From NCBI GenBank assembly GCA_039815375.1, contig JBCBZJ010000013.1:17984-81983 (forward strand): a DNA stretch of 64,000 nt, read 5' to 3'. The notes beneath the pieces are model-generated. The model did not search any database. It was given only the letters and a program-made list of their open reading frames with translations, and was not told the origin of the DNA. Shown here piece after piece: positions 23,069 to 34,455 of this stretch (positions within the stretch are counted from its first letter, which is position 1; the number at the start of each line of letters is the position of its first letter). This stretch comes from Verrucomicrobiota bacterium. GTDB taxonomy: Bacteria > Verrucomicrobiota > Verrucomicrobiia > Opitutales > Coraliomargaritaceae. Made by a program: the position numbers and the translations under genes.

Positions 23069-24148
23069 ATGAGCTACGAAATGAACGACCTTCTGGAACT
23101 GATGGTAGATCAGGGAGCATCGGATTTGCATATTCAGGTCAAGCAACCGCCGACCCTACGTATCAGTGGCACGATGGTGCCTGTGCAGGGCCCGCTTCTC
23201 AGCGACAAGGATACCGAGGACCTGATGAAGGCGATCACCTCCAGCTCTAATCAAGAAAAGTTGAAGACGACTGGTGGTGCTGATTTCGGTTTTGCTTTTC
23301 AGGAAAAGGCGCGCTTTCGCGTCAGTGTGCTACGTGCAAAAGGCGCTTACGGTATGGTTTTGCGTCAGATTCCGAACGAGCTCTTTACTCTGAGCAGAAT
23401 AGGTCTTCCGGATAAGATCAAAGAGCTGATTAGTCGGCCACGTGGTCTTATATTGGTGACTGGGCCAACCGGATCTGGAAAATCGACTACACTCGCATCC
23501 ATGATTAACTGGATTAACGAGCACTGCGACGGGCATATCATTACGATCGAGGATCCGATCGAGTATTTCCATGACCATAATAAATGCATCGTCACCCAGC
23601 GTGAAGTGGGTAATGACGTCGGTTCTTTCTCCGATGCGATTCGAGGTGCATTGCGTCAGGACCCCGATGTTATTCTGGTTGGTGAGATGCGAGATCTGGA
23701 AACTATTCAAGCGGCGGTAGGGGCTGCTGAAACGGGACACCTCGTTTTCGCAACACTTCACACCACCGGTGCGGCTCGCACGGTAGACCGCATTGTGGAT
23801 GCTTTCCCCGCAGACATGAAGGACCAGATGCGCACCCAGCTGGCCTCCTCCATTGTGGCGGTTATCTCGCAAGTACTCTGTAAGAAGAAAAGCGGTGGCC
23901 GTATCGCATCTTTCGAGATCATGGTGACGACGACTTCGGTTGCACAGCTCATTCGTGAAAATAAGACCTATCGAATCGCGTCTGACATCCAGACCGGTGC
24001 CGTGCATGGCATGATCGGCTTAGATGCTCACTTACTCGGCCTTTTTAACCGCGACCTGATTACTGCAGACGAAGCTCTGTCAAAATCACAAACCCCTGGC
24101 CCCATGCGCGACAAACTGATCGAGTGTGGAGCCGTTTTCGATACCTGA
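23069..24148 (+). CDS. pilT: Type IV pilus retraction ATPase
   Basis: [53 protein letters not shown] (AIRNLIRE-like). Confidence 0.92.
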   Translation: MSYEMNDLLELMVDQGASDLHIQVKQPPTLRISGTMVPVQGPLLSDKDTEDLMKAITSSSNQEKLKTTGGADFGFAFQEKARFRVSVLRAKGAYGMVLRQIPNELFTLSRIGLPDKIKELISRPRGLILVTGPTGSGKSTTLASMINWINEHCDGHIITIEDPIEYFHDHNKCIVTQREVGNDVGSFSDAIRGALRQDPDVILVGEMRDLETIQAAVGAAETGHLVFATLHTTGAARTVDRIVDAFPADMKDQMRTQLASSIVAVISQVLCKKKSGGRIASFEIMVTTTSVAQLIRENKTYRIASDIQTGAVHGMIGLDAHLLGLFNRDLITADEALSKSQTPGPMRDKLIECGAVFDT

Positions 24149-24182
24149 CCTTTTTAATTCTGGATACCTGGCAAACTCCCCG

Positions 24183-25871
24183 ATGTTCGAAGATCACAAC
24201 GACACCGTATACGACATTATCAAGTCCGCTGACTTGCTTGATCCTGCTCAACTTGAAGAGTTGAATGAATCACACCTGCACACTGGAAAGTCACTGGCCG
24301 ACGCGGTAGTGGATTCTGGAGTGGTGGATCGGGGGGCCATTCTCGCCTCCATTGCCAATTTCCTTGGTTACGAGTATCTGCCCGAACCGCCACAGGTCAT
24401 TGGAGAGGAGATTGCTTCTTCCGTCCGTTCCAGTGTTGCCCGGATGTATGCGGTCGTTCCCTATAATGTGGACGATACTTCGATTTCTCTGCTCGCGAAG
24501 GACCCCTTTAATGCTGCGGTGATCGACGACCTGACTTTCACCCTCAACAAAGACGTGACGATTGTGGTCTGCAACCCGGACTCTATCGACCAGCTGATCA
24601 CCGCTACTTACGGAGAGGAAGACTCTTCAATTGATGATATCCTGGGTGATCTTGGGGAGACTTTCACTGAGTCGGAGGAGGATCTATCAGAAGGAGATTT
24701 AGCTGATTTGGCCAATCAAACGCCTATCATCCGCTTTGTAAATCTCGTCCTTCAGCAGGCGATTAAGGACAAGGCCTCCGATATTCATTTTGAGCCTTTT
24801 GAAGATCAATTCCGTATCCGTTACCGAATCGATGGTGCGCTCTACGAAATGGCACCACCGCCGCGTAATCTCGCAGTGCCTGTGACCTCTCGTGTTAAGG
24901 TGCTCTCCAATATGAACATTTCGGAGACGCGTATCCCTCAGGACGGACGGATTAAGATGACCATCGCCGGTCGCCCTGTAGACCTTCGTGTTTCCACGCT
25001 ACCGACTCAGTTTGGTGAGAGTGTGGTGCTTCGTGTTCTTGATAAATCCGTGGTTAATCTCGACCTTGAGGCGCTCAGTTTACCGGATGACATTCTGCAC
25101 AGTATTCGTGATCTGGTTGATCGTCCGAACGGCATCTTTATTGTAACGGGCCCGACTGGTTCCGGTAAAACAACGACACTGTACAGCGCGCTTCGCGAAG
25201 TGAATCATGTCGAGACCAAGATTCTGACCGCCGAGGATCCGGTCGAATATGAGATCGACGGGATCATGCAGGTTGCAGTCAACCACCAGGTCGGTCTTGA
25301 TTTTGCGCGCGCGCTCCGGGCCTTCCTTCGTCAAGACCCCGATAAGATCATGGTTGGGGAGATTCGTGATCTGGAAACGGCACAAATCGCGGTTCAAGCT
25401 TCGCTCACTGGTCACGTGGTGCTTAGCACGCTTCACACGAACGATGCGCCGGGTGCGGTGACTCGCCTCATCGACATGGGCCTTGAGCCTTTTCTCATTT
25501 CAGCTTCTCTCGAAGCGATCCTGGCGCAACGTCTCGTGCGCCGGATCTGCCCGGCCTGCCGCACGGCTTATGAGCCGAGCCAAGAGCTTATCGATATGCT
25601 TGATGTCGATCCGCTCGAGATTGCTGACAAGGATTTCTATTATGGAGAAGGCTGTCCAGAGTGTAGCAATACCGGCTATCGCGGACGTATTGGTCTCTTC
25701 GAAATGATCGTGGTTTCCGATGCAATTCGCGAGCTGATCAACCAACGTGCCCCTACGTTGGCAATCAAGCAAAAAGCTCTTGAGCAGGGCATGAGAAGCT
25801 TGCGTGACGACGGTCTGCGCGCCATTTTTGATGGCAATTCTACCATCGAGGAAGTCCTCAAATATACTTAA
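24183..25871 (+). CDS. pilB: Type IV pilus/T2SS assembly ATPase (PilB/GspE), copy 2
   Basis: Same motif set as copy 1, including CPAC...CPEC. Confidence 0.9.
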   Translation: MFEDHNDTVYDIIKSADLLDPAQLEELNESHLHTGKSLADAVVDSGVVDRGAILASIANFLGYEYLPEPPQVIGEEIASSVRSSVARMYAVVPYNVDDTSISLLAKDPFNAAVIDDLTFTLNKDVTIVVCNPDSIDQLITATYGEEDSSIDDILGDLGETFTESEEDLSEGDLADLANQTPIIRFVNLVLQQAIKDKASDIHFEPFEDQFRIRYRIDGALYEMAPPPRNLAVPVTSRVKVLSNMNISETRIPQDGRIKMTIAGRPVDLRVSTLPTQFGESVVLRVLDKSVVNLDLEALSLPDDILHSIRDLVDRPNGIFIVTGPTGSGKTTTLYSALREVNHVETKILTAEDPVEYEIDGIMQVAVNHQVGLDFARALRAFLRQDPDKIMVGEIRDLETAQIAVQASLTGHVVLSTLHTNDAPGAVTRLIDMGLEPFLISASLEAILAQRLVRRICPACRTAYEPSQELIDMLDVDPLEIADKDFYYGEGCPECSNTGYRGRIGLFEMIVVSDAIRELINQRAPTLAIKQKALEQGMRSLRDDGLRAIFDGNSTIEEVLKYT

Positions 25872-25884
25872 TTCAGATTCCCCA

Positions 25885-27135
25885 ATGCCAAAATTCAAAT
25901 ATACCGCGATTGACGCTAACGGCAAACAAAAGAGTGGCACGGTTGAGGCTGAGAGCCAAGACGAGGCCAGTTCGAAATTGAGTGCCACTGGCCTGATGCC
26001 GACTAAGATTGCTGCCGCGGGTGGCAGCAGCAAGGCGGTTAAAAAGACCAAAGCCGTAAGTAAGAGCAAAAAAATCGGAGGATTCGGCAAGGTCATTAAG
26101 CCTGAGGAATTGACCACCTTCACCCGCCAGTTGGCGACGCTGCTTCAGGCAGGTTTGCCGTTGCTGCGCGCTATTGAGGTCATGATTCGTCAGGAAAAGA
26201 ATCTACGTTTCCAGGCGGTGCTGGAACAGATTGCCGATCAAGTGAAGTCGGGAAATTCCTTCTCGGACGGGCTCAGCCAACACCCGAAGATTTTTGACCG
26301 TCTTTTTGTGAACATGGTGCGTGCCGGTGAAGCGGGTGGCGTGCTTGATGTGGTGCTTTCGCGTCTTGCTGGCTTTATGGAAAAGGCCCTGAAGACCAAG
26401 AAAAAGGTGAAGTCTGCAATGGTTTATCCGATTGTTGTCGTCGGTGTGGCAATATCGATTGTGGCACTCCTGATGGTTGTCGTGGTTCCGAAGTTCCAGA
26501 CCATTTTTGATGACATGCTTGAGGGTGCCGCGTTGCCTGGACCCACACAATTAGTGATCGGTGTCAGTAACTTCATGCAGCAGAACATTCTGCTGAGTAT
26601 CGGTATTGTGGTCGCGTTGTTCTTCGGCTTTAAGTTTTTCCTCAGGACTTCGGTGGGTTCGAAGATTTTCAACTGGTGCTCGATCAACGTGCCTAAGGTT
26701 GGGGATCTTGTCCGCAAAGTGAATATCGCTCGCATCACCCGGACCTTCGGAACACTTCTTTCCAGCGGTGTGCCCATCCTTCAGTCGATCACCATCACAA
26801 AGGACATTACGGGTAACGCATTCTATGCCAGCGCATTGGATCGTATACACGACAGCGTTCGCGACGGAGAGTCGCTTGCTGCGCCGATGGAGCGCGAGTC
26901 GGTTTTTCCAAATATGGTTACCAGCATGGTCGATGTTGGTGAAGAGACCGGTGAGTTGGCAGAAATGCTCAACCGCATTGCAGATAACTACGACGAAGAT
27001 GTGGATAATGCTGTGGCCGGGATCACTTCTATTATTGAGCCGGTCATGATCGTGTTCCTCGCCGTTGTGGTTGGCTTCATCGTCATCGCGCTCTTTCTGC
27101 CGATTGTCGAAATCATCAAACAGCTTACGGGCTGA
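25885..27135 (+). CDS. pilC: Type IV pilus/T2SS inner-membrane platform protein (PilC/GspF)
   Basis: [32 protein letters not shown]. Confidence 0.92.
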   Translation: MPKFKYTAIDANGKQKSGTVEAESQDEASSKLSATGLMPTKIAAAGGSSKAVKKTKAVSKSKKIGGFGKVIKPEELTTFTRQLATLLQAGLPLLRAIEVMIRQEKNLRFQAVLEQIADQVKSGNSFSDGLSQHPKIFDRLFVNMVRAGEAGGVLDVVLSRLAGFMEKALKTKKKVKSAMVYPIVVVGVAISIVALLMVVVVPKFQTIFDDMLEGAALPGPTQLVIGVSNFMQQNILLSIGIVVALFFGFKFFLRTSVGSKIFNWCSINVPKVGDLVRKVNIARITRTFGTLLSSGVPILQSITITKDITGNAFYASALDRIHDSVRDGESLAAPMERESVFPNMVTSMVDVGEETGELAEMLNRIADNYDEDVDNAVAGITSIIEPVMIVFLAVVVGFIVIALFLPIVEIIKQLTG

Positions 27136-27161
27136 TCTTCGATCTTACCTACCCCAATATG

Positions 27162-27198
27162 GAAACGCAGCTTCGGACGAGGCTGCGTTTCTTTATTT
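27162..27198 (+). terminator. Intrinsic terminator of pil operon
   Basis: GAAACGCAGCTTCG-GA-CGAGGCTGCGTTTC then TTTATTT. Confidence 0.8.
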
Positions 27199-27232
27199 CA
27201 ATCATCTTATCGACTCTAGTCATATTGCCTTC

Positions 27233-27513
27233 ATGAAAAACGATTTCCGAAGGTTGGCTGAAAGCTAAGATGCTCGCTCATTTTTGCGAAGTTGAATCGA
27301 CGGGCGAGCCTTTGATTGTAACGGACCATGGTCGAGGTGGGCCCGATCCGGCCCAAGCCAACGAAGACATTCGAGGTATTGGAAGCCTACCGTTCCGGTG
27401 GAAGAACCGTTGTGAGGATTCCGGAGGAAATCGAGCTACTCGAGCCGTTGGAGGCGGATAATTGGGAGGCCCTTCAGGAGCTGCGTGGGCTTGCTGCCCC
27501 TCCTGGTCAGTGA
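27233..27513 (+). pseudogene. Frameshifted Phd/YefM-like antitoxin
   Basis: Joined frames read MK/TISEGWLKAKMLAHFCEVESTGEPLIVTDHGR/EVGPIRP...; two frameshifts. Confidence 0.7.
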
Positions 27514-27726
27514 GCGATTGGCCGGGATTTCTCGTTCGTCTGCCCTAATTGCAGATTTAGAGCACGAGTCATGAAATCTGGCTTCATTCCGCAGAATTGG
27601 AATGGGCCCACCGCGATCCTACCGATCGCATCCTCGCTGCCACCGCTTTGCGTTTTGAAGTGCATGTCCTGATGAAAAGACCGCGTCTTTCATCAACCCG
27701 ACTCCCCGGTCGAGGCGGTTTGGTAG
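27480..27726 (+). pseudogene. Remnant of PIN/VapC toxin (C-terminal part)
   Basis: ELEWAHRDPTDRILAATALRFEVHVL / DRVFHQPDSPVEAVW*; N-terminal LLDT motif not found. Confidence 0.65.
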
Positions 27727-27732
27727 ATAGAC

Positions 27733-27872
27733 AAAAGAAAGCCCCGCATTGCTGCGGGGCTTAAAAGAAGCACTTTTGATCTGGACGTTCCCGCCTAACG
27801 AGAAGCTAGACTGTTATTTCAGTAGCCAATTTGATACTTCAAACTTTGTCTTGATTCCAATTAAGACAAGGT
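27733..27872 (-). ncRNA. tracrRNA
   Basis: Minus strand TTGGAATCAAGACAAAGT pairs with crRNA repeat GCTTTGCCTTGATTCCAA (G.U end, 6-bp lower stem, C.A mismatch, upper stem); nexus-like TTTGA-AGTA-TCAAA; terminal hairpin AAGCCCCGCA-GCAA-TGCGGGGCTT + TCTTTT. Ends approximate. Confidence 0.85.
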
Positions 27873-27922
27873 AAGTTTTTTTGTTGCAGGCGCCAGAGTC
27901 AAGTATTAATTACTAACTTAAA

Positions 27923-30900
27923 ATGAGTTTTTTGTTTGGCTTTGATGTCGGACGCTCATCGATTGGTTGGAGTGTCCTTTCTGTAAATAAAAAATTTGAT
28001 ACGAACCCCCAGATTTTAGGTTGCGGGTCCGTGATCTTCCCTGCGGATGATTGTCTGGCTTCCAGGAGACATGCTTACCGTAGAACGAGGCGCAATATCC
28101 GCGCAACTCGCCAGAGAATTTCCCGGATCAAGCAACTCTTTGAGCATTTGGGTGTGTTGAAGCGTCAAGAATTGGATGCGATTGGACATCCTGCCCCGCA
28201 TGCCCTGGCTGCGCGCGCATTACTTGCCGATAAGCCTGTTCTTGGCTGGTTGGAATTATGGCACGTGCTTCGATGGTATGCCCATAATCGCGGCTATGAC
28301 GGAAATGCAAGGTGGGCACGGCATGAAGCAGACGAGGAGGACACTAAAAAAGAAAAGGCTGCCTATGAGCTCATGCGTAAACATGGCACTGAGGATAAAA
28401 GTATGGCTGAAACCATTTGTGCAGTTCTCGGAATTGATCCTTTGTCCGAGAAGATTTCTTCTGCAAAACCCTATAAGAATCTGAATGTGTCTTTTCCTAG
28501 AGGTATTGTTCGCAAAGAGGTACGCGAAATTCTGGATAAACATATAGGCCACTTGCCGAATTTAAATTCGGCATTTGTGAAGACCTTGGTTGGGGGAAAA
28601 GGTGATTCGGAGCATCGTGCGTGGGAGACGATTCCTGTTCCCAATTTGCACCTTCCAAGGCGATACTATGGCGGTTTGCTTTTTGGTCAGCTGGTGCCGC
28701 GTTTCGATAACCGCATAATCGGGCGGTGTCCCATTTCTGGCGAAAAGGTTCCGGATAAGGCGACTAGAGAGTTTCTCGATTATCGTTGGGCAATGATTCT
28801 GGCGAATCTCCGCATAGAAGGAAAACCGCTTTCGGCAGAGCAACGCCAGATGCTACACGAGAGAATGAAGAGAGAGGGCATGATGAGCCCTACGGAACTT
28901 CGAAAAGTATTGGAGGAACTATCGGGCTCAGAAGACAATAATGTGAGTGCGTTCTTTGAGCTGAATCCCTATAGTAAGGAAGCGTTAGTGTATGATCCTG
29001 CGCTGGCACTGTACAATGGGCATGGTGCCGGGTCGGATAAGATTAAGCCTTATTGGAAATGCCTGCCGGAGGTTGTGCGCAAAAGGGCTCTCGGGCGCTG
29101 GAAGAAGGGACGAGTTGTTCACTTGGCTTGGATGCTGGACCAATGCGAAAAATCAGGTGAGGGTGCTTCGGAACTCCAGAAGGTTATAGATAAGGCGTTT
29201 GCCAAGGACCAAAAAAAGAAGAAAGGGCAATTTTTAACTAAAGAGCATCTACTGAATCTTTCGTTTGCTCCAGAGGATTTGTCCGGTCGAGCACCCTATG
29301 CACGTTGGGTTATGCGAGATGTCTTGGAGTTTGTTCTCTCTACAAATCGGCATCCGTCAGAAGCCGAAACAGAAGAATTGTCTGCGGGGCCAATATACCG
29401 GTCTAAAGATATAAAGTCCGCTGAGCGTGAAGTCGAAATCACTGAGCTGACAAATAACCATCTGATTCGGCAGCGACTCGATATTCTCCTCCGGCTCGTG
29501 GATGATATGCTGCTAGATTATGCGGCAAGCGATACGCGCGCAGTTTCGGATATAGTTGTTGAGGTTGCGTCGGATTTGCAGACCTACTCGGGTTTGACTT
29601 CCAAAGAGATACAGGGAGAGCTGGCCAAGCGCCTTTCGCATTTCAAGTCGGCGGTCGAAAAATTGACCCGAGATGCGCCTCATCTATCCGTGACCGGTTC
29701 ATTGATACGCAAATGTCGTATTGCAATGGATTTAAATTGGACCTGCCCGTTTACACTGAAGACGTATGAGGTGCATCAACTTGAGTGGATGGAACGTGAG
29801 CATATTATTCCTTATGCGGATCGACCGACAAATGCTCTGGATGCGCTGGTGCTTACTTTTCCCGAGGTCAACCGGATGAAAGGGAAGCGCCTGGCTTTTA
29901 AATTCGTCGAAGAATTCCAATCGATGCAGGTTTCCGGCAAACCGGAGTTATCGATATGCAGCTTAAGAAAGTATCTGGATTTTGTAGAAACCCTGAAACT
30001 AAGAGTCCCTCGGAAGAGGACACATCCGGAGGACTATAAAAGGCAGTCGAGTCGCATCAAATTGCTCAAGCTTGAGCAATTTGATTCTCGGGATCAGTCC
30101 TTTGCTCCAGGTGCGTTAACCCAGACTTCGCATTTGAATCGTTTGTCAGCACGACAATTGGAGAAGCGTTTCATTGATACTGAAACAAAAGAGCCAACGG
30201 TTAGAATACACTCTGTTCCGGGTAAAGTAACTGCAGAGACAAGAAAGTCATGGCATTTGCTCGGCACGCTGGCTCGGGCCTGTCCCGAGATTCTTAACGA
30301 TGACAATAGGCCGAAGAATAAAACTGAGATACGTGAGATCACTCATTTACATCATGCCCTCGATGCTGCGGTTTTAGGGCTAACGCATTTTTATTTGCCT
30401 GGGACACTTCCCGGACAAATAGAGAATGAAAAAGGTTCAATTTGGCGTGCCATGCTTAAGCGAAACAAGAATCAGGATGAGCAAAACCTGCTTCTGTCGA
30501 CCGGCATGTTTAAGTCTCATTACAGGAAAGATAAGCAGGGTAATGTCGAGTTGAATGAAAAGGGCGAGAAGCAGCTCGACGTGCATCTCTGCGATATTCC
30601 CAAAGAGGTGAAGAATAACTTGTTTCTGCGTCTGGCCGAGAAGCGGGTTGTCCAGCATATTCCAGCAGATCAGTCCGGCTCCGCTTTGGAAGAAACAACT
30701 TGGCGTTATCTCTGCGACTTTGAAGGGCAAGCTTTGTTGCTGCAGAAAATCGGTCGTGACAACTTGAAGCAGGATCCCTGTAAATCCGGTTGGGGTTGGG
30801 AAGATATTGAGCGTTCTGGAAGGCAAAATAAAAAGTTAGAGGAGATCCTCGCCGACACGGTAGTCAGTGATTCGCTGAAGCGAAATCAGATAAAGTCTTC

Positions 30901-31345
30901 TTTGATTCGGCGTGGTCTGATCAAGTATTCTTTAGAATTCAAGCACTCACTTGTTGGATTGGAGAGTGGCGTACTAAAGGGCCTCCAGGCGGTTCGTGTT
31001 ATTGAGTCCAACTACGGAATCGTTTTAGGAAAAAATCCCAGAATTATTCCATTTCACAAAGTCCCTGAGGAACTGAAGCAAATTCGGAAACAAAATAACG
31101 GAAAATTGCCTGATTTGATTCGTAAAGGCTCTCTAATCACAGTTTGCGGTGGCACTTGGAAAGGGTATTGGCGGGTGATTTCTGTGAAGCACAGTAAGGC
31201 TTATGGGGTATCTGTAGACCTAGTCCATCCACATTATGTCAAACTCGGAAAAGGTAATGCTAAAATACCGGACATGATAAGGGAGGGGCTAATCGTCCAT
31301 AAATGCAAGCTGACCGGGATGTGCGACATAGCGTCTGATTTGTGA
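27923..31345 (+). CDS. cas9: Type II-C CRISPR endonuclease Cas9, 1140 aa
   Basis: RuvC-I FDVGRSSIGW, Arg-rich bridge helix, RuvC-II IVVEVA, HNH EREHIIP...VNRMKG, RuvC-III HLHHALDA; flanked by tracrRNA and array. Confidence 0.96.
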   Translation: MSFLFGFDVGRSSIGWSVLSVNKKFDTNPQILGCGSVIFPADDCLASRRHAYRRTRRNIRATRQRISRIKQLFEHLGVLKRQELDAIGHPAPHALAARALLADKPVLGWLELWHVLRWYAHNRGYDGNARWARHEADEEDTKKEKAAYELMRKHGTEDKSMAETICAVLGIDPLSEKISSAKPYKNLNVSFPRGIVRKEVREILDKHIGHLPNLNSAFVKTLVGGKGDSEHRAWETIPVPNLHLPRRYYGGLLFGQLVPRFDNRIIGRCPISGEKVPDKATREFLDYRWAMILANLRIEGKPLSAEQRQMLHERMKREGMMSPTELRKVLEELSGSEDNNVSAFFELNPYSKEALVYDPALALYNGHGAGSDKIKPYWKCLPEVVRKRALGRWKKGRVVHLAWMLDQCEKSGEGASELQKVIDKAFAKDQKKKKGQFLTKEHLLNLSFAPEDLSGRAPYARWVMRDVLEFVLSTNRHPSEAETEELSAGPIYRSKDIKSAEREVEITELTNNHLIRQRLDILLRLVDDMLLDYAASDTRAVSDIVVEVASDLQTYSGLTSKEIQGELAKRLSHFKSAVEKLTRDAPHLSVTGSLIRKCRIAMDLNWTCPFTLKTYEVHQLEWMEREHIIPYADRPTNALDALVLTFPEVNRMKGKRLAFKFVEEFQSMQVSGKPELSICSLRKYLDFVETLKLRVPRKRTHPEDYKRQSSRIKLLKLEQFDSRDQSFAPGALTQTSHLNRLSARQLEKRFIDTETKEPTVRIHSVPGKVTAETRKSWHLLGTLARACPEILNDDNRPKNKTEIREITHLHHALDAAVLGLTHFYLPGTLPGQIENEKGSIWRAMLKRNKNQDEQNLLLSTGMFKSHYRKDKQGNVELNEKGEKQLDVHLCDIPKEVKNNLFLRLAEKRVVQHIPADQSGSALEETTWRYLCDFEGQALLLQKIGRDNLKQDPCKSGWGWEDIERSGRQNKKLEEILADTVVSDSLKRNQIKSSLIRRGLIKYSLEFKHSLVGLESGVLKGLQAVRVIESNYGIVLGKNPRIIPFHKVPEELKQIRKQNNGKLPDLIRKGSLITVCGGTWKGYWRVISVKHSKAYGVSVDLVHPHYVKLGKGNAKIPDMIREGLIVHKCKLTGMCDIASDL

Positions 31346-31361
31346 TCAAGCAGCCATGTAA

Positions 31362-31439
31362 CGCAGCATCGTTATTTATGGAAAGCCGGCACAGGAAATC
31401 AAACCCAAGGCCATTCCCGGACAGATCGAATTCTGGTAG
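31362..31439 (+). pseudogene. Probable 3' remnant of cas2
   Basis: Start-less frame RSIVIYGKPAQEIKPKAIPGQIEFW* resembles the P.Q(L/I).(F/L)(F/W)* tail of type II-C Cas2 and sits where cas2 normally ends. Confidence 0.55.
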
Positions 31440-31467
31440 TTCCCTAAGCCTCAGTGGCTTAGGGAAC
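31439..31467. other. 12-bp perfect inverted repeat abutting the conserved end of the array (leader-side element or crRNA terminator)
   Basis: GTTCCCTAAGCC-TCAGT-GGCTTAGGGAAC, 3 nt from repeat 1. Confidence 0.7.
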
Positions 31468-31470
31468 CAG

Positions 31471-31968
31471 ATGCTGCCCGTCTAAGATTTGGAATCAAGG
31501 CAAAGCCGGAACGAGGTTTAAGCCAGGCCACTCGCAATGCTGCCCGTCTAAGATTTGGAATCAAGGCAAAGCTGCTATAGATGTTCTTAGGGCTTCAATT
31601 GGATGCTGCCCGTCTAAGATTTGGAATCAAGGCAAAGCAGTTAGCAAAGCCATGCGAACCTTCAGTAGATGCTGCCCGTCTAAGATTTGGAATCAAGGCA
31701 AAGCAGGGTCTTCGCGTTGGTCGCTTGTAAAGGTATGCTGCCCGTCTAAGATTTGGAATCAAGGCAAAGCTTTTAACTCTGACTATGTCCCTTAGCCTGA
31801 GTGCTGTCTGTCTAAGATTTGGAATCAAGGCAAAGCCTCACCTTTCCCATTACTGTCCAGAGGAGCGGATCGTCTATTTAAGATTTGGAATTAAGGCAAA
31901 GCTTCCTATGTCAACTGAAGAAAGCGTTTAATAGATTAGCTTTATAAGATTTGAAATCAAGCCAAATC
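31471..31968 (-). CRISPR. CRISPR array: 8 repeats of 36 nt, 7 spacers of 30 nt
   Basis: + strand repeat ATGCTGCCCGTCTAAGATTTGGAATCAAGGCAAAGC at 31471, 31537, 31603, 31669, 31735 (identical), 31801 (3 changes), 31867 and 31933 (increasingly degenerate); 66-nt period; strand inferred from tracrRNA pairing. Confidence 0.97.
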
Positions 31969-31996
31969 TGATTGCTCAAGAGAACGCCCAATCTGC

Positions 31997-33625
<1,629 letters not shown>

Positions 33626-33756
33626 TGAGAAGAAGTCGGAAGTAAGGAGTGAAAATTCAGGAGGCGATGGTGATGTGTTGGTTGTCCAAATCGTAATCGT
33701 AGTGGTCGACCTCGTTCCGAAAGCGGCAGGATTGAAGGGGCTGTTTGACAGATGGC

Positions 33757-33785
33757 AAAGAAAAAGCCCAGCGAAAGGCTGGGCT
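33757..33785 (-). terminator. Intrinsic terminator of the EF-hand gene
   Basis: Minus strand AGCCCAGC-CTTTC-GCTGGGCT-TTTTCTTT. Confidence 0.8.
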
Positions 33786-33809
33786 GATGGAGGCGGAGCT
33801 ATTAACAGA

Positions 33810-34265
33810 TCAGCTGTCGGAGGCGCTTTGGCGACGCTGCCCCATTTTCTTTCGCAGTGTTTGTAGCTCTTCGCGATCAAGCTCACCGTCTCCGTTGCCG
33901 TCAATGCGTTCGAAGTTATCAACCAGTTTGTCGGCACCAGCATCAACTGCTTCGTCGTAGGAAATAGCACCATTGCCATCCGCATCGATGCTTTGGCGCT
34001 GGGCGCGGCGATCTTCCATACGGCTTTTGTAGTGTTCGCGCAGTTCTTCTTTAGTAAGATCGCTGCTACCGTCAGTGTCGATCTCATTGAAGTTATCAAC
34101 CAGTTTGTCGGCACCGGCGTCCTCCGCTTCTTCGAGCGAAATGACTTCGTCGCCGTTGCTGTCGATTTTAGCTAAGCTCATTCCGGGCTTTTTGGGTTTT
34201 GCGTGGACAAAAGCCGGGATGATGAGTGCTGCCAGGAGGCAAGGGAGTATGTTTTTGTATTTCAT
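33810..34265 (-). CDS. Secreted EF-hand Ca-binding protein (internal duplication)
   Basis: Signal peptide; DSNGDEVISLEE, DTDGSSDLTKEE, DADGNGAISYDE, DGNGDGELDREE; 27-nt identical repeat at 33912 and 34089. Confidence 0.88.
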   Translation of the reverse strand: MKYKNILPCLLAALIIPAFVHAKPKKPGMSLAKIDSNGDEVISLEEAEDAGADKLVDNFNEIDTDGSSDLTKEELREHYKSRMEDRRAQRQSIDADGNGAISYDEAVDAGADKLVDNFERIDGNGDGELDREELQTLRKKMGQRRQSASDS

Positions 34266-34455
34266 GGTTCGATTCGATTTTGAGTGATGCAGCGGATTGA
34301 TGACTGCTTAATCCTCGAATCGTCATTGTGAGCAAATAGTTTCACGCTTTGTCGGGTCCTGGTGGTGTTGGCTGATTGAGTAAATTCTTGAGCTTTTCCG
34401 ATGTGATTGGAGTATTTCTTTGTTATTCTCACTTTTTCGTCTATCTGTTCGCGAC

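Noticed and set aside
27873..27900. Long tracrRNA acting as a natural single guide
   Set aside because: The putative guide is a low-complexity A-run, and the likely tracrRNA promoter lies within it.
27892..27904. Partial similarity of spacer 5 seed to the cas9 promoter
   Set aside because: Only 9/13 with mismatches at PAM-proximal positions.
31595..31828. 77-aa ORF with repeated ALIPNLRRAA
   Set aside because: Translation of CRISPR repeats.
33661..33680. GGCGATGGTG as a fluoride riboswitch
   Set aside because: Lacks the complementary TCGCC arm, is on the wrong strand for the adjacent gene and is far from crcB.
33626..34114. N-terminal extension of the 705-aa ABC-F ORF
   Set aside because: Crosses a terminator and an alternative frame of the EF-hand gene; ABC-F similarity starts at 33625.
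33912..34115. 27-nt direct repeat near the CRISPR locus
   Set aside because: Internal duplication of EF-hand pairs, unrelated to the CRISPR repeat.
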